The translations under genes and the position numbers were made by a program. From the NCBI GenBank assembly GCA_963675755.2, contig CAXXMD010000003.1, positions 96,001 through 160,000 on the forward strand: a stretch of 64,000 bases of DNA. The letters run 5' to 3'. The notes under the pieces were generated by a model, which did not search any database, was not told where the DNA came from, and saw only the letters and a list, made by a program, of their open reading frames with translations. Each line of letters begins with the position of its first letter. Position 1 is the stretch's first letter. Source of the stretch: a bacterium (lineage in GTDB: Bacteria > Zhuqueibacterota > Zhuqueibacteria > Residuimicrobiales > Krinioviventaceae). This document shows positions 1 to 9,870 of this stretch, piece after piece.

Positions 1-106
1 ATCAAATTCATTTTTACATAAAAATTTAGAGTTGTAAAAATTTATTTTGTATATTATTTGTTCATAACAAAAATTTTAATAATCACTTTTTTCCCATGGG
101 GGTCCA

Positions 107-2530
107 ATGAAGTACCAAATTTCATTTCTGGTTTTCGTTATAGTGGTGTGTTCTACAACTATATTTTCCGAACCAATCAGACAAGGTTTTATTGATAAAG
201 AAACCGCAATAGTATACTCAGGACCAACAACAGATTCTACTGCAATCGACACTTTAAAATTCGGCGAGTTTACACTGGTGTATGGCATTAAAACAGATGA
301 ACAAGACATTTTTAACCAAGAAGGCTGGTCAAAGGTCCGAACGCCAGATGGAAAGTTAGGATGGATTGATTATTCTATACTCTTGATCTCAAATGATGTA
401 ACCTATGTTGCAAAACCAGGAGATATCATTTATGAACAGCCGGACGCCTTATCAACAGTTGTTGATTCGATAAAAACTATAAATCCGCTCTCTGCATTTG
501 AGTTAGAAGAGATAGATGAACAATATTGGCTAAAACTATATTCATACAGTGGAACAAAATGGCTACAAATCGACAGTTTATCATTCCAAATTGAATTTAA
601 ATACTATGAACTGGTAAATAATTTCTTAGGTTATGGTTACCAATTTTTCAATTTTTCCCCTTACAAAGATTATAATAAAGCATTAAAGATTGCACAAGTA
701 TTTTCAGAAACAATAGATCCGGAAACCAGCTTTATCAGTGATGGAATTTATGAAGATATGGGAAAAGTAAAACTTGGTTCAGGAGCATTTGCTTATTATT
801 TAAAATTTATAATATATCAAAGATTTGATGAATGGGAAAACGCAATAACAGCACTAGAAAACATAGCTAATATATATCCGAATCAAAGTTTGATTAAAGG
901 CAATGCAGGTGCCTGGGCCGATCTTGAGATAGGAAAAATATACCACTACAAACTTGAAGAATACAACAAAGCCATCTTTCAATACCATCGGACAATACAA
1001 AAGCATCCTTTTCAGGAATTACATGGCTACGAATCAACGGATTATGTAGATATTCGGGCTGCTTTCAACATCTTTAACATGATAAAAAGCAGCACACATG
1101 ATACATTGGAATCAAATGGTTCTATAATTGTCAATACAGCCGAAAATCCCGCTGCTAAATTGCTTGGTTTTTGTTGCCAGGCTGCAAGTTTAGGAAAACA
1201 AAAAAAATACACAGAACTTTTAGATTTGGTGGAATCTGCAATTACTGAATATCCCGAATGCCGTAGGCTTTATTATTTATCCAGCAGAGATTATTCTACT
1301 ACGCTTGTATCACTTGCATTTGAAATATTAAAAAACAATCAACAATATGACAAATATTATCAATTCAGCAATCGTATGTCTGAAAAATTTAAAAACTATC
1401 CCGTTGGAGAATTAAGTGCATTTAAAAAAGCATATTTGGCAGATATATCAAATGAAGATATTCCAACAATCATATCATACTATAAAACTGTTGATAAAAT
1501 TTCAAGAGACAATGGTAATTATGAATATTTTAATTCAATAACAAACGAAGTCTATTATAGCAATTTATCCAGCAATCGACTTGCAACACTTTCAGAAACT
1601 AAACCTGTTAAAGCAACGACAATACAAGACAGCGTTCAACTTAAATTGGGTATTGACGGAGAATATACAATTTTAGCATTACTACCCCAAAATGTATCAT
1701 TAACCAAACTCTATACAGATCAATTTTTAATTCATACAGATTTTGAAGGGCTTTATACCAAAGTTTTACTCGAGGATTCAACAATTGGTTGGGTATTGTC
1801 AGAACAAATTGAATCTATTATTGAAAACACAATGCCGTCAATAAATGATTCGTTAATTCACAGCATGAATAGAGCACTATCAGAAAACAATCCTGTATTT
1901 GATGGTGATGAAATTCGTAATCCACAAATTGAAAATATTCTTGAGAACTTTAGTGCTAGATTTTTACGATTTTGCGATTTCAATAATGACAATATAACAG
2001 ATTTCATAACTTTTAAAAAAGGTAATTATTTAACTCTAAATGCAATAAACGGCAAGTCATTCGTAATAGAATGGACCTTCTATGTTAATAGCTCGATTAC
2101 ATCACAAAATATTTTGAATGAAAAGTTATTCATCAAAACACGTTATAATGTATTACAATGTATAGACATTTCTAATGGTGAATTGAAATGGGAAAAAGGT
2201 GAAAATCAATATCAGAGACAATTGATTGCACCTTTAATAATAAATAACAAATTATATAATATTTCACAGGACAGTTTCCTGGTATGTTTGGATCCTCAAA
2301 ACGGGCAAGAGTTATGGAAAGGTGATTGTAAACAGAAAAATGTTGATTCTTTCCACGGTAATGATTCTGCTTTGGTAATTTCATACAAAGACAGTCTAAA
2401 GGTATTCAATATTCACAATGGTGAATTTGAATGGGGTATATCTGGAAGAATTTACAACAAACCCACTATTAATAAAAACAAGCTTTACTATTTCAATTGG
2501 GGAAAACGGCGTAGAATTGATCAAATGTGA
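107..2530 (+). CDS. Secreted SH3b/TPR/PQQ-like beta-propeller protein, N-terminal part of a probably frameshifted gene
   Basis: Signal peptide; SH3b-like segments (WSKVRTPDGKLGWI, YTKVLLEDSTIGWV); TPR-like helical repeats; propeller repeats (CIDISNGELKW, CLDPQNGQELW); ends abruptly in GKRRRIDQM while the propeller continues in another frame. Confidence 0.7.
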   Translation: MKYQISFLVFVIVVCSTTIFSEPIRQGFIDKETAIVYSGPTTDSTAIDTLKFGEFTLVYGIKTDEQDIFNQEGWSKVRTPDGKLGWIDYSILLISNDVTYVAKPGDIIYEQPDALSTVVDSIKTINPLSAFELEEIDEQYWLKLYSYSGTKWLQIDSLSFQIEFKYYELVNNFLGYGYQFFNFSPYKDYNKALKIAQVFSETIDPETSFISDGIYEDMGKVKLGSGAFAYYLKFIIYQRFDEWENAITALENIANIYPNQSLIKGNAGAWADLEIGKIYHYKLEEYNKAIFQYHRTIQKHPFQELHGYESTDYVDIRAAFNIFNMIKSSTHDTLESNGSIIVNTAENPAAKLLGFCCQAASLGKQKKYTELLDLVESAITEYPECRRLYYLSSRDYSTTLVSLAFEILKNNQQYDKYYQFSNRMSEKFKNYPVGELSAFKKAYLADISNEDIPTIISYYKTVDKISRDNGNYEYFNSITNEVYYSNLSSNRLATLSETKPVKATTIQDSVQLKLGIDGEYTILALLPQNVSLTKLYTDQFLIHTDFEGLYTKVLLEDSTIGWVLSEQIESIIENTMPSINDSLIHSMNRALSENNPVFDGDEIRNPQIENILENFSARFLRFCDFNNDNITDFITFKKGNYLTLNAINGKSFVIEWTFYVNSSITSQNILNEKLFIKTRYNVLQCIDISNGELKWEKGENQYQRQLIAPLIINNKLYNISQDSFLVCLDPQNGQELWKGDCKQKNVDSFHGNDSALVISYKDSLKVFNIHNGEFEWGISGRIYNKPTINKNKLYYFNWGKRRRIDQM

Positions 2531-3209
2531 TTTAGTTACTGGTAATATTGAATGGAAATTTGATGCAATCCGTTCATTTTCATCATCTGAAGAAATGCTT
2601 GTCACCTCAAATAATGTAATTTTTAATACAGGGAATTCAATCTATGCGGTAAGTAAAAATGATGGTGAACTTGAATGGCAAAAAAATATTAATGTTAGCT
2701 CTGTTGAAAAGTGTGCTGCAGGAAATACATTGTACGTATTATCTAACAGATTTAGTGATTATTCCGGTTTGGCTGCCTATGATCTTGCGTCTGGTATACA
2801 ACAATGGCAAATGGATCATACTTTGGAATCCATCTATTTTCATTCAAACAGAATATTTGTTGAAGGTTTGACCGGGTTATTAATTATCAACAACGCCAAT
2901 TCAACTCTAACAGAAGAACCCTCACACATTACTGAATTTGCCCTGGACCAAAACTATCCCAATCCATTCAACATGAATACAACGATACAATATCGTGTTC
3001 ATAAAAATGCCAATGTTAATATAACAATTTATAATATGCTGGGACAAAAAATAATAACGTTGATTTCCAAAGCACATTCTCCGGGTATGTACCAGACTAC
3101 TTGGGATGGCTTGAACAATAAAAATCAAATGGTGAGTAGCGGACTTTATTTTTATCAAATCAATATAGATGGAGAAATTAAAACCAAATCCATGATTTTG
3201 GTAAAATAA
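2503..3209 (+). CDS. C-terminal continuation: PQQ-like propeller repeats plus T9SS-type/FlgD-Ig C-terminal sorting domain
   Basis: ORF 2418-3209 in the +1 frame. After the GGGG run at 2499-2502 it reads ENGVELIKCDLVTGNIEWKF, then YDLASGIQQW, then LDQNYPNPFN...SSGLYFYQI...KSMILVK. Confidence 0.7.
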
Positions 3210-3245
3210 GCCAACTATTAAAAGAACATAAAAGGAATTTAATCC

Positions 3246-4247
3246 ATGAAACGTCGAGAATTTATCAAATCTGTATCGTTGGGTTCAGCCGCTGCCGCAA
3301 CACCCTTTGCAATAATCGGTTGTGGTAAAAAATCTGCCCCCGCCATCCAAATGACGCACAGTTCCAACGATTACAATGCTACTATCCGTTTTGCCGCATT
3401 GGAAAAGCCGCTTACGGTTATGCATATTGCGGACTCGCATATTACCAAACTCGATGATTCGGAAAAAGAGTTCCATGCCTACGGTAAACGAATGGATAAC
3501 GCCTTTCATAATGTTGAGCATTACCAAACGGGCAAGACAGCCAGTTCGACCGATCATTTTCTGGAGCTGTTATCAACAATCGACAAGGATATCATTGACC
3601 TTTTGGTTCTCACCGGAGATATAGTCAATAATCCTTCCAAATCCAGTGTCAACTATGTGTGCAGCCTGCTTAAGGATACCGGTGTGCCGTATCTTTATAT
3701 TGCGGGTAATCACGACTGGCATTATGAGGGCATGCAAGGTTCCGCGAACGAATTGCGTAAAACCTGGACGCAGAATAGTCTGCTGCCTTTTTTTGATGGA
3801 TTGGATCCCATGAATTACGCCAAACAAATCAATGGCATCAATTTTATCGGCATTGACAATTCTACCTACCAGGTTAATGCGGAGCAGTTGGTTTTTTTCA
3901 AAAACGAACTTGACCGGGGTCTGCCGGCAGTGCTGATGGTGCACATCCCCATTTATACCCAAGACCACCGGGGTGCCTCCTGCGGCAATCCCCATTGGGG
4001 CTGGGAAACGGACAGAGGCTACGAGATTGAACAACGTGAGCGCTGGCCCAAAAGCGGTAACCTGCAATCTACACTGGACTTTGTCAAGCTGGTCGAAAAC
4101 AGTCCATGCCCCTTGACAGTACTCGGCGGACACAATCACAGACCCATCACCGAGGTTTTGTCACCGTCAACCGTCCAGTATACCACCGACGCCGCCAAAG
4201 GCGGCGCCGCAAGAGTGATAAAATTTTTACCCATGAATCAAATATAA
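3246..4247 (+). CDS. Calcineurin-like metallophosphoesterase, Tat-exported lipoprotein
   Basis: MKRREF Tat motif and IIGC lipobox; DSH, GDIVN, GNHD and GHNH metal motifs. Confidence 0.85.
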   Translation: MKRREFIKSVSLGSAAAATPFAIIGCGKKSAPAIQMTHSSNDYNATIRFAALEKPLTVMHIADSHITKLDDSEKEFHAYGKRMDNAFHNVEHYQTGKTASSTDHFLELLSTIDKDIIDLLVLTGDIVNNPSKSSVNYVCSLLKDTGVPYLYIAGNHDWHYEGMQGSANELRKTWTQNSLLPFFDGLDPMNYAKQINGINFIGIDNSTYQVNAEQLVFFKNELDRGLPAVLMVHIPIYTQDHRGASCGNPHWGWETDRGYEIEQRERWPKSGNLQSTLDFVKLVENSPCPLTVLGGHNHRPITEVLSPSTVQYTTDAAKGGAARVIKFLPMNQI

Positions 4248-4257
4248 CAACGACTCC

Positions 4258-4284
4258 CCCCCGATATAACAGTATCGGGGGTTT
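4258..4284. terminator. Hairpin between convergent genes, probable intrinsic terminator
   Basis: CCCCCGATA-taacag-TATCGGGGG followed by TTT, lying between the stops at 4247 and 4296. Confidence 0.6.
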
Positions 4285-4295
4285 AAGATATCCCC

Positions 4296-5567
4296 TTATT
4301 TTGTCAGCACCATCTTGATCGTTTGTTCCTCAATGCCGCTTTTCAATGTACAGAAATAAACACCAGACGGCAGTTCTTTTGCTGAAAACTGAATCTGATA
4401 TTGCCCGGGTTCCTGGTAACCATGAACCAATTGCTCAACCTCTTTACCCAGGGCGTTGTAAATTTTCACATCCACCAATCTGCGTTTTTCCAGAGTATAG
4501 GTTATGGATGTGGTCGGATTAAAAGGATTGGGATAATTCTGCATTAACCGCATTTCAGTAGGGACTGTCACCCCACCCTCAATGATTGTTTCGTTTTGCA
4601 TGCGTTCGATTTGAAGCTGCTGCAAATCCGCCCAGCCAATGAGATGTATGCCCTCACTCTCAATCAGATTCCGCATTTCTGCCGAGTCAAACACACGGTA
4701 ATCATAATCCCGATTGCCCCATCTGCTGGTAATGGCCTTGATCTCGTCCGATTCCACTGCGGCATGAATATACAGTTCGGTCACACCCGGCTCTAAATTT
4801 TTAATCATATTACTGTATGCACTCAAGGCATCCTCATAAGAATCGCCATGATCAGAGATCACTTTTAAATAATCAGGCAGTACAAAGCCTTCATTTACCA
4901 GCGAATCCGCCAGGGCTACCAGTTCAGCTTGTCGTGCTTCTGGAATCGCTTCGGTCCAGGGCGAAGACAATTTCCTTGGCAAACGAAACGGTAGATTGTA
5001 TTCCCGGCTGATGCTGAAAATAGCGTCAAAGAAATCCTGACCAAATGCCAACCCGTAAACACTGCCCATATGATTGTCAATATGAGTGGGCGTAATACCA
5101 AATTCAATGGCCTTTTCCACTTGTGCGGTGAGTTCGGTTTTCACCTCGTCTGGGTCGCCATGCAATTCCACATACATCTCGCTTTCCGGGAAAAACCCTT
5201 CCCAGGTCAACAAAGATGGAATAGAGTTCGATGAAGCAACGCCGCCCCATTTGTAATCCCCCCATTCTGCGGTAAGCGTCAAATGTACACCCACGTCCAG
5301 TGTGGGATTCTCGACACAAAATTTGGCAGCTTCCCTGAACCACCCACACGGCACCATGATTGTTGAAGAGGATATCCCGCCGCTTTGCAGCAGATCCATG
5401 GTTGCCTCGTTCTCGGCATGGCACATACCAAAGTCATCTGCGTTGACGATCAAAACCCTGGCATCACTGTCATACCCCAGCATCTCGGCGGTTGACAATC
5501 CAAAGCTCATTTGAGGAATTAAAGCACATATCATTACAAAAAAAATCAAACTCATATCTTTTCGCAT
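4296..5567 (-). CDS. YdjC/ChbG-family carbohydrate deacetylase with C-terminal sorting domain
   Basis: IVNADDFG, GVHLTL, THIDNHM and ELYIH motifs; signal peptide; MQNYPNPFNP...SGVYFC C-terminal domain. Confidence 0.85.
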   Translation of the reverse strand: MRKDMSLIFFVMICALIPQMSFGLSTAEMLGYDSDARVLIVNADDFGMCHAENEATMDLLQSGGISSSTIMVPCGWFREAAKFCVENPTLDVGVHLTLTAEWGDYKWGGVASSNSIPSLLTWEGFFPESEMYVELHGDPDEVKTELTAQVEKAIEFGITPTHIDNHMGSVYGLAFGQDFFDAIFSISREYNLPFRLPRKLSSPWTEAIPEARQAELVALADSLVNEGFVLPDYLKVISDHGDSYEDALSAYSNMIKNLEPGVTELYIHAAVESDEIKAITSRWGNRDYDYRVFDSAEMRNLIESEGIHLIGWADLQQLQIERMQNETIIEGGVTVPTEMRLMQNYPNPFNPTTSITYTLEKRRLVDVKIYNALGKEVEQLVHGYQEPGQYQIQFSAKELPSGVYFCTLKSGIEEQTIKMVLTK

Positions 5568-5757
5568 CTTGCATCCGATCCTGTTTTACTAAAGCTCGTT
5601 AGTGAATTAATTCAATTAAAATAAGCGAAAACCCTCAAAAGCACAATCCCTTTTTCTATAATCTCGGGATTATTCTTTTACATGCTGAACAGAATTTTAT
5701 TTTCCCTCTCGGTTACCCAAAACAAATTGAAATAATGATTATTAATTAAAAGGCTCG

Positions 5758-5852
5758 CTTTGCGGCCTCTGCGTATCCTTTGCGTTCCCTGCGTTTTGTT
5801 TTAAGATTAAAACACATAACGCAGAGGTGCAGAGAAAGCAAAGGCCGCAAAG
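5758..5852. repeat. Inverted pair of periodic short repeats forming a long imperfect hairpin
   Basis: CTTTGCGGCCT-CTGCGT..CTTTGCGT..CTGCGTT on the left and AACGCAGAG..GCAGAG..GCAAAGGCCGCAAAG on the right; the ends are exact reverse complements. Confidence 0.75.
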
Positions 5853-6019
5853 TATTGAAACGAGTTAATAGCTTGCTTAATAAATTGAATTAATAATATC
5901 TAAACAAATTGAAATTATGAATTTTGGCAGTGAATACAAAAGTTACAAGCTTTGAAATGTAAAGGTACAATCCAGTCTGCTAATTTTAAAATATTTACAG
6001 CAGACCGGATTCTTGAACT

Positions 6020-7657
6020 CTATTCGTAAATTTTCAAAATCGGTATCAATGCGGGATCCACATTGAACAACTGACGCGAATCGCCTTTTTCCGCCACAAA
6101 GACGCGGATCTTGTGTCCCTTGTTGGTGGTAAATGTACGGATACCGTCCTTTAGCTCGTATTTGATCTTGGGCGCTTTGACTTTTTTGCCTTTTTCCGCC
6201 AGCACTACATGCATACCGAACCACATCGGTCCATCAGGGAAAACGTATTCGTCATACTCACGGGGACGAGGATGGTACCGTCCGCTCGAACAGGTATTGT
6301 CGCGGTGCTTCAATTCCAGTTTACAGGGTTCTATCTTTTCATTACTGACTTTAAACGGAAAAAGATGCAGATCATAGCCGTATGCTTCTAGCACAATGTG
6401 TCCCGCTGTATTCTCTTTTTCCTGCCAGTCCCCGGAGATACCCATCCCAAAATCATCAATGGTTTCCAGATAGGTGGACATGTCCCCACGCCATTGCGTA
6501 AACTGCCAGTAGGTGGGTAAACGATTATAAACACAAAAGGTTGAAGTTTCAATCTGATCGGTAAATCCGTTTACCGGTGTAAAAGATCCTTGCAAAAACG
6601 CCTCGGCACGTTCTTTTTCATTTTCACCAACCGCTACCATACAATGGATCTGCTGTTCATAACAGTTACCACCGGTCATACTACCCATGCCTGCATTCGG
6701 TAATTGATAAGTTTGATAGATAAAGGGATTGATAGCCGCCTTGCCCACTGCTTTAAAGGGGTATTTACGATGCTCGTTGATCTCTACTGCTTTTGCCGGC
6801 GGTGTATACCCGTCAATCGGATCTGTGACAACACCGGAACGGACATCATCATTGATGGTAAAGTTGCGGTAATCCCGGCTTATACCGGTAATAGGAATTT
6901 TTAACACCGGATGATTGAGCGCGGATTGCAGCAGGTAGAGATGGTCCATAACCTCATGCACTTCACCTTTTATCCGCTCATCATGGATAAATTCGGCAAT
7001 ATTGGGTAAATGACGAAAGATCAAATGGTTGTAATTGGGTGACGCAAACTCGTCCACACCAAAAAACTGGATGTGATTGTACCAACGCGTCCATTGACTT
7101 TTTGCCATTTTCTGCAAGCGATAATCGTCAAAACGCTCACCTGCCAGTGCAAAGGTCTCTACATAAAGGGCAAAAATATTGCTGTACGCGGTAAAATCTC
7201 TGCCAATATCAAACACCTCGGTTTCCCATCGCCGTACCGCTGCTTCTGTGAGCCGGTTACATGCAATCAGGAACTGCTTGCGCGTGTCTGACGACATCCG
7301 GCTCTGCTGGTCCCACAGCAGATTAAAGAACCTGTCTGCATGAAACAATGCATTGTTAAAATCCACAACTTTTTCACCGTTTTCCCATCTCCAGCCCCAT
7401 TGCCCATAGGTAATAGATTCCGGATCGGGATCCTGTTTGGTGATATATTTTTCAAGAACCGCATCGGCCGTAACATGATCAGTTACATCATCAGAACGAT
7501 ACAAATACCAGGCAAGCTCCCATGATACAGCATTGGGATCAGCTTTATAGTTTTGTATTTGATCATCAAACCGTGATTGCTCAGCCGGGGATAATGTTTG
7601 TGCAGAAACAATAGTAGAGGACAACAGTAAACAAATCAACAACAGCAATTTCTTCAT
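6020..7657 (-). CDS. Secreted hypothetical protein (helical N-terminal half, beta-rich C-terminal half; possibly carbohydrate-active)
   Basis: 545-aa ORF, Sec signal MKKLLLLICLLLSSTIVSA, GGAGAG upstream; no family motif recognised. Confidence 0.7.
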   Translation of the reverse strand: MKKLLLLICLLLSSTIVSAQTLSPAEQSRFDDQIQNYKADPNAVSWELAWYLYRSDDVTDHVTADAVLEKYITKQDPDPESITYGQWGWRWENGEKVVDFNNALFHADRFFNLLWDQQSRMSSDTRKQFLIACNRLTEAAVRRWETEVFDIGRDFTAYSNIFALYVETFALAGERFDDYRLQKMAKSQWTRWYNHIQFFGVDEFASPNYNHLIFRHLPNIAEFIHDERIKGEVHEVMDHLYLLQSALNHPVLKIPITGISRDYRNFTINDDVRSGVVTDPIDGYTPPAKAVEINEHRKYPFKAVGKAAINPFIYQTYQLPNAGMGSMTGGNCYEQQIHCMVAVGENEKERAEAFLQGSFTPVNGFTDQIETSTFCVYNRLPTYWQFTQWRGDMSTYLETIDDFGMGISGDWQEKENTAGHIVLEAYGYDLHLFPFKVSNEKIEPCKLELKHRDNTCSSGRYHPRPREYDEYVFPDGPMWFGMHVVLAEKGKKVKAPKIKYELKDGIRTFTTNKGHKIRVFVAEKGDSRQLFNVDPALIPILKIYE

Positions 7658-7893
7658 ACCTACTCTCCCGATTTAACGTAAACAAGGTCCATTTTTGAGT
7701 ATAATGTAATTACAAAATCACATTTCGAATTTTACTGCGTATAATATATAAATGCCTGTCCCCCAAAAATCATATTGTATCGTAATGATAAAGCAGATAA
7801 ATAGCAAGAAAATTATATCGGCTATAATCAATGCATAACCATCCAATACCTAAACAAAAATCTTTAATTAAATCTGACAGCACTGACATTTTT

Positions 7894-8127
7894 CATCTGT
7901 GTTCATCTGCGTGCATCTGCGGTTAATTGTTCCACTGTAGAACGAAATTCATTTCGTTTATCCGCTGTAAGCGGAAAGCTTAATTACGAAGCATATTCCT
8001 GAATTACGAATATTAAGACATAATAGTTAAAAGTCCAACCAAGTAGAATCCGTGCAGTTCTGTGTTAATCCGTGGGTAAAAAAATATTTTTTATTGAGCC
8101 ACGGATCGACACAGATCCTCACAGATT
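7894..8127. repeat. Cluster of 10-nt-period ATCTGTG/ATCCGTG repeats and a GTAG-type REP palindrome
   Basis: catctgtgtt-catctgcgtg-catctgcggtt (7894); GTAG-AACGAAAT-tc-ATTTCGTT (7937-7958); inverted triple pair at about 8048-8127. Confidence 0.75.
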
Positions 8128-8170
8128 AAAACCAAAATATGATCTTTTTATATTATTGACCTCAAACCTG

Positions 8171-9169
8171 TCAACCGCACATTTCCCAGCCATTACTTTC
8201 CGCACTGGCAAAGATCGCATCAATCACTTTCATATTGTTGATGGCATCGTCAAAGGATACCGGTACCGGTGTATCATTCAAAATGGAATCTGCAAACTGT
8301 TCAGCCTGAATCTGGTATTGATCCGCAGCATCGATTTCCAACTCCCGGATTTCATCTTGCGTTACCAGCAAAACCTTTGCCGCCTGATCGGGAGGCACGT
8401 TAACCGGGATTTCTATCTCGATCCTTCCCGTTGTACCCACAATTTGCGCGCGTTGAAACGGCATCATTTGCGTCGAGCAGGTAAACACCGATGTTATACC
8501 TTTGGAAAAATCGAGTATCCCGGAGGTTATTCGATCAGTTTTCATTTCCGGGTCCCGGTCGATTATACCCATAACCCGCTCGGGTTCCTGACCAAAAATA
8601 AACCGCGGAAACGAAATACAGTAACAGCCAATATCCATCAGGGCGCCACCACCAATATCCGCCATATTGCGAATATTTTCCGGGTCGTCATTAAAGTATG
8701 AAAAATGGGACTGCACCGTCTTGACCTCACCAATGGCCCCAGAGTCGGTCAGGGATTTAACCCTTTGCCATTGCGGATGAAAACGGTACATGAATGCTTC
8801 CATCACCTTGAGCTCGGGATGTTTTTTGATCTCTGCAGCTAGCAGTTCAGCGTCCTGTACATTCAATCCTATGGGTTTCTCGCATAATACATGTTTGCCC
8901 GCCTGCATGGCCTTGATCGTCCAGGATACATGCAGATGATTGGGCAACGGATTATAAATAGCATCGATTTCCGGGTCCTGAAGCAAAGTTTCATAGGAGC
9001 CATATGCTCTATCAATACCCAACGTATTGGCCGCAGCTTGCGCTGTTTCAGTATTGCGGGAAGCAATTACCGTCACCTCGCAATTGGATGCCTTTTGAAT
9101 GGCAGGTATCACCTTTTGGGTCCCGATATTTGCCGTGCTTAGAATTCCCCAACGTATTTTTTTTGACAT
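8171..9169 (-). CDS. Gfo/Idh/MocA family oxidoreductase
   Basis: IRWGILSTANIG Rossmann start; HVLCEKP; GGGALMDIGCY. Confidence 0.92.
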   Translation of the reverse strand: MSKKIRWGILSTANIGTQKVIPAIQKASNCEVTVIASRNTETAQAAANTLGIDRAYGSYETLLQDPEIDAIYNPLPNHLHVSWTIKAMQAGKHVLCEKPIGLNVQDAELLAAEIKKHPELKVMEAFMYRFHPQWQRVKSLTDSGAIGEVKTVQSHFSYFNDDPENIRNMADIGGGALMDIGCYCISFPRFIFGQEPERVMGIIDRDPEMKTDRITSGILDFSKGITSVFTCSTQMMPFQRAQIVGTTGRIEIEIPVNVPPDQAAKVLLVTQDEIRELEIDAADQYQIQAEQFADSILNDTPVPVSFDDAINNMKVIDAIFASAESNGWEMCG

Positions 9170-9267
9170 ATATCCTTCTCTCTTTATGTATATTTTGTTT
9201 AAAAATTGAAACAGCCATATTGTAATAAAAATTCATCTAATATTGAAACAATATTCAGTTCCTAAAT

Positions 9268-9720
9268 TAACCACAGATAAACACAGATGAGCACAGATAA
9301 TCATTAATCATTTTTAATTTGAATCATTTAAACGTATCCAATTTCATTAGATAGAATCCGTGATCAAGTTTTTCCTCGTGACCTCTGTGTGCTTTGTGTT
9401 TAAAAAAAATAAACCACGAAGGAAAGAAGAGCACAAAGAATATCTACTCATAATCAGCTCTTATAAACCATCAATTATCTTTTAAACTTTTCGTGGATAT
9501 TTTTTGAGCCACAGATCATCACGGATACACACGGATCGAATGTATATATTTTCTTATTAAAATTTATTTGCAGGTGTCAATTATTATTACAAAGAATGAA
9601 AAAATTGACAACCCAACGTTTTCATAATATTGAATATTGTGTACAATTTCAAGTAACATTTTTTTCGGTCTTCTTTTGAAATCGGTGTTCATTCGTTTTA
9701 TCCGTATCATTCGTGTTCTT
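9268..9720. repeat. Four periodic short-repeat clusters in a long divergent intergenic region
   Basis: aaccacagat-aaacacagat-gagcacagat; ctcgtgacctctgtgtgctttgtg / ccacgaaggaaagaagagcacaaag; gccacagatcatcacggatacacacggat; atcggtgttcattcgttttatccgtatcattcgtgttc. Confidence 0.7.
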
Positions 9721-9870
9721 GGCTTGAATAGTCAAGAATCTAAAAAAACAATGCTACATTAAATTGTTGAATATCTCCTTGAGTATTGACCAATTTTTAT
9801 GTATCATTCAATACCCCCTTTGGGGAAAAACAGCATGTTCTCTTTTGCAATAATCATATAGGATGGTATT

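Noticed and set aside
2500-2506. In-frame G GGA AAA slippery heptamer suggesting programmed -1 frameshifting
   Set aside because: The downstream ORF is in the +1 (or -2) frame relative to ORF 107, so a -1 shift would not join them.
8072-8701. 209-aa plus-strand ORF and other long antisense ORFs (for example 3573-4139, 14165-14677, 42895-43395)
   Set aside because: They overlap well-supported genes on the opposite strand and show no family motifs.
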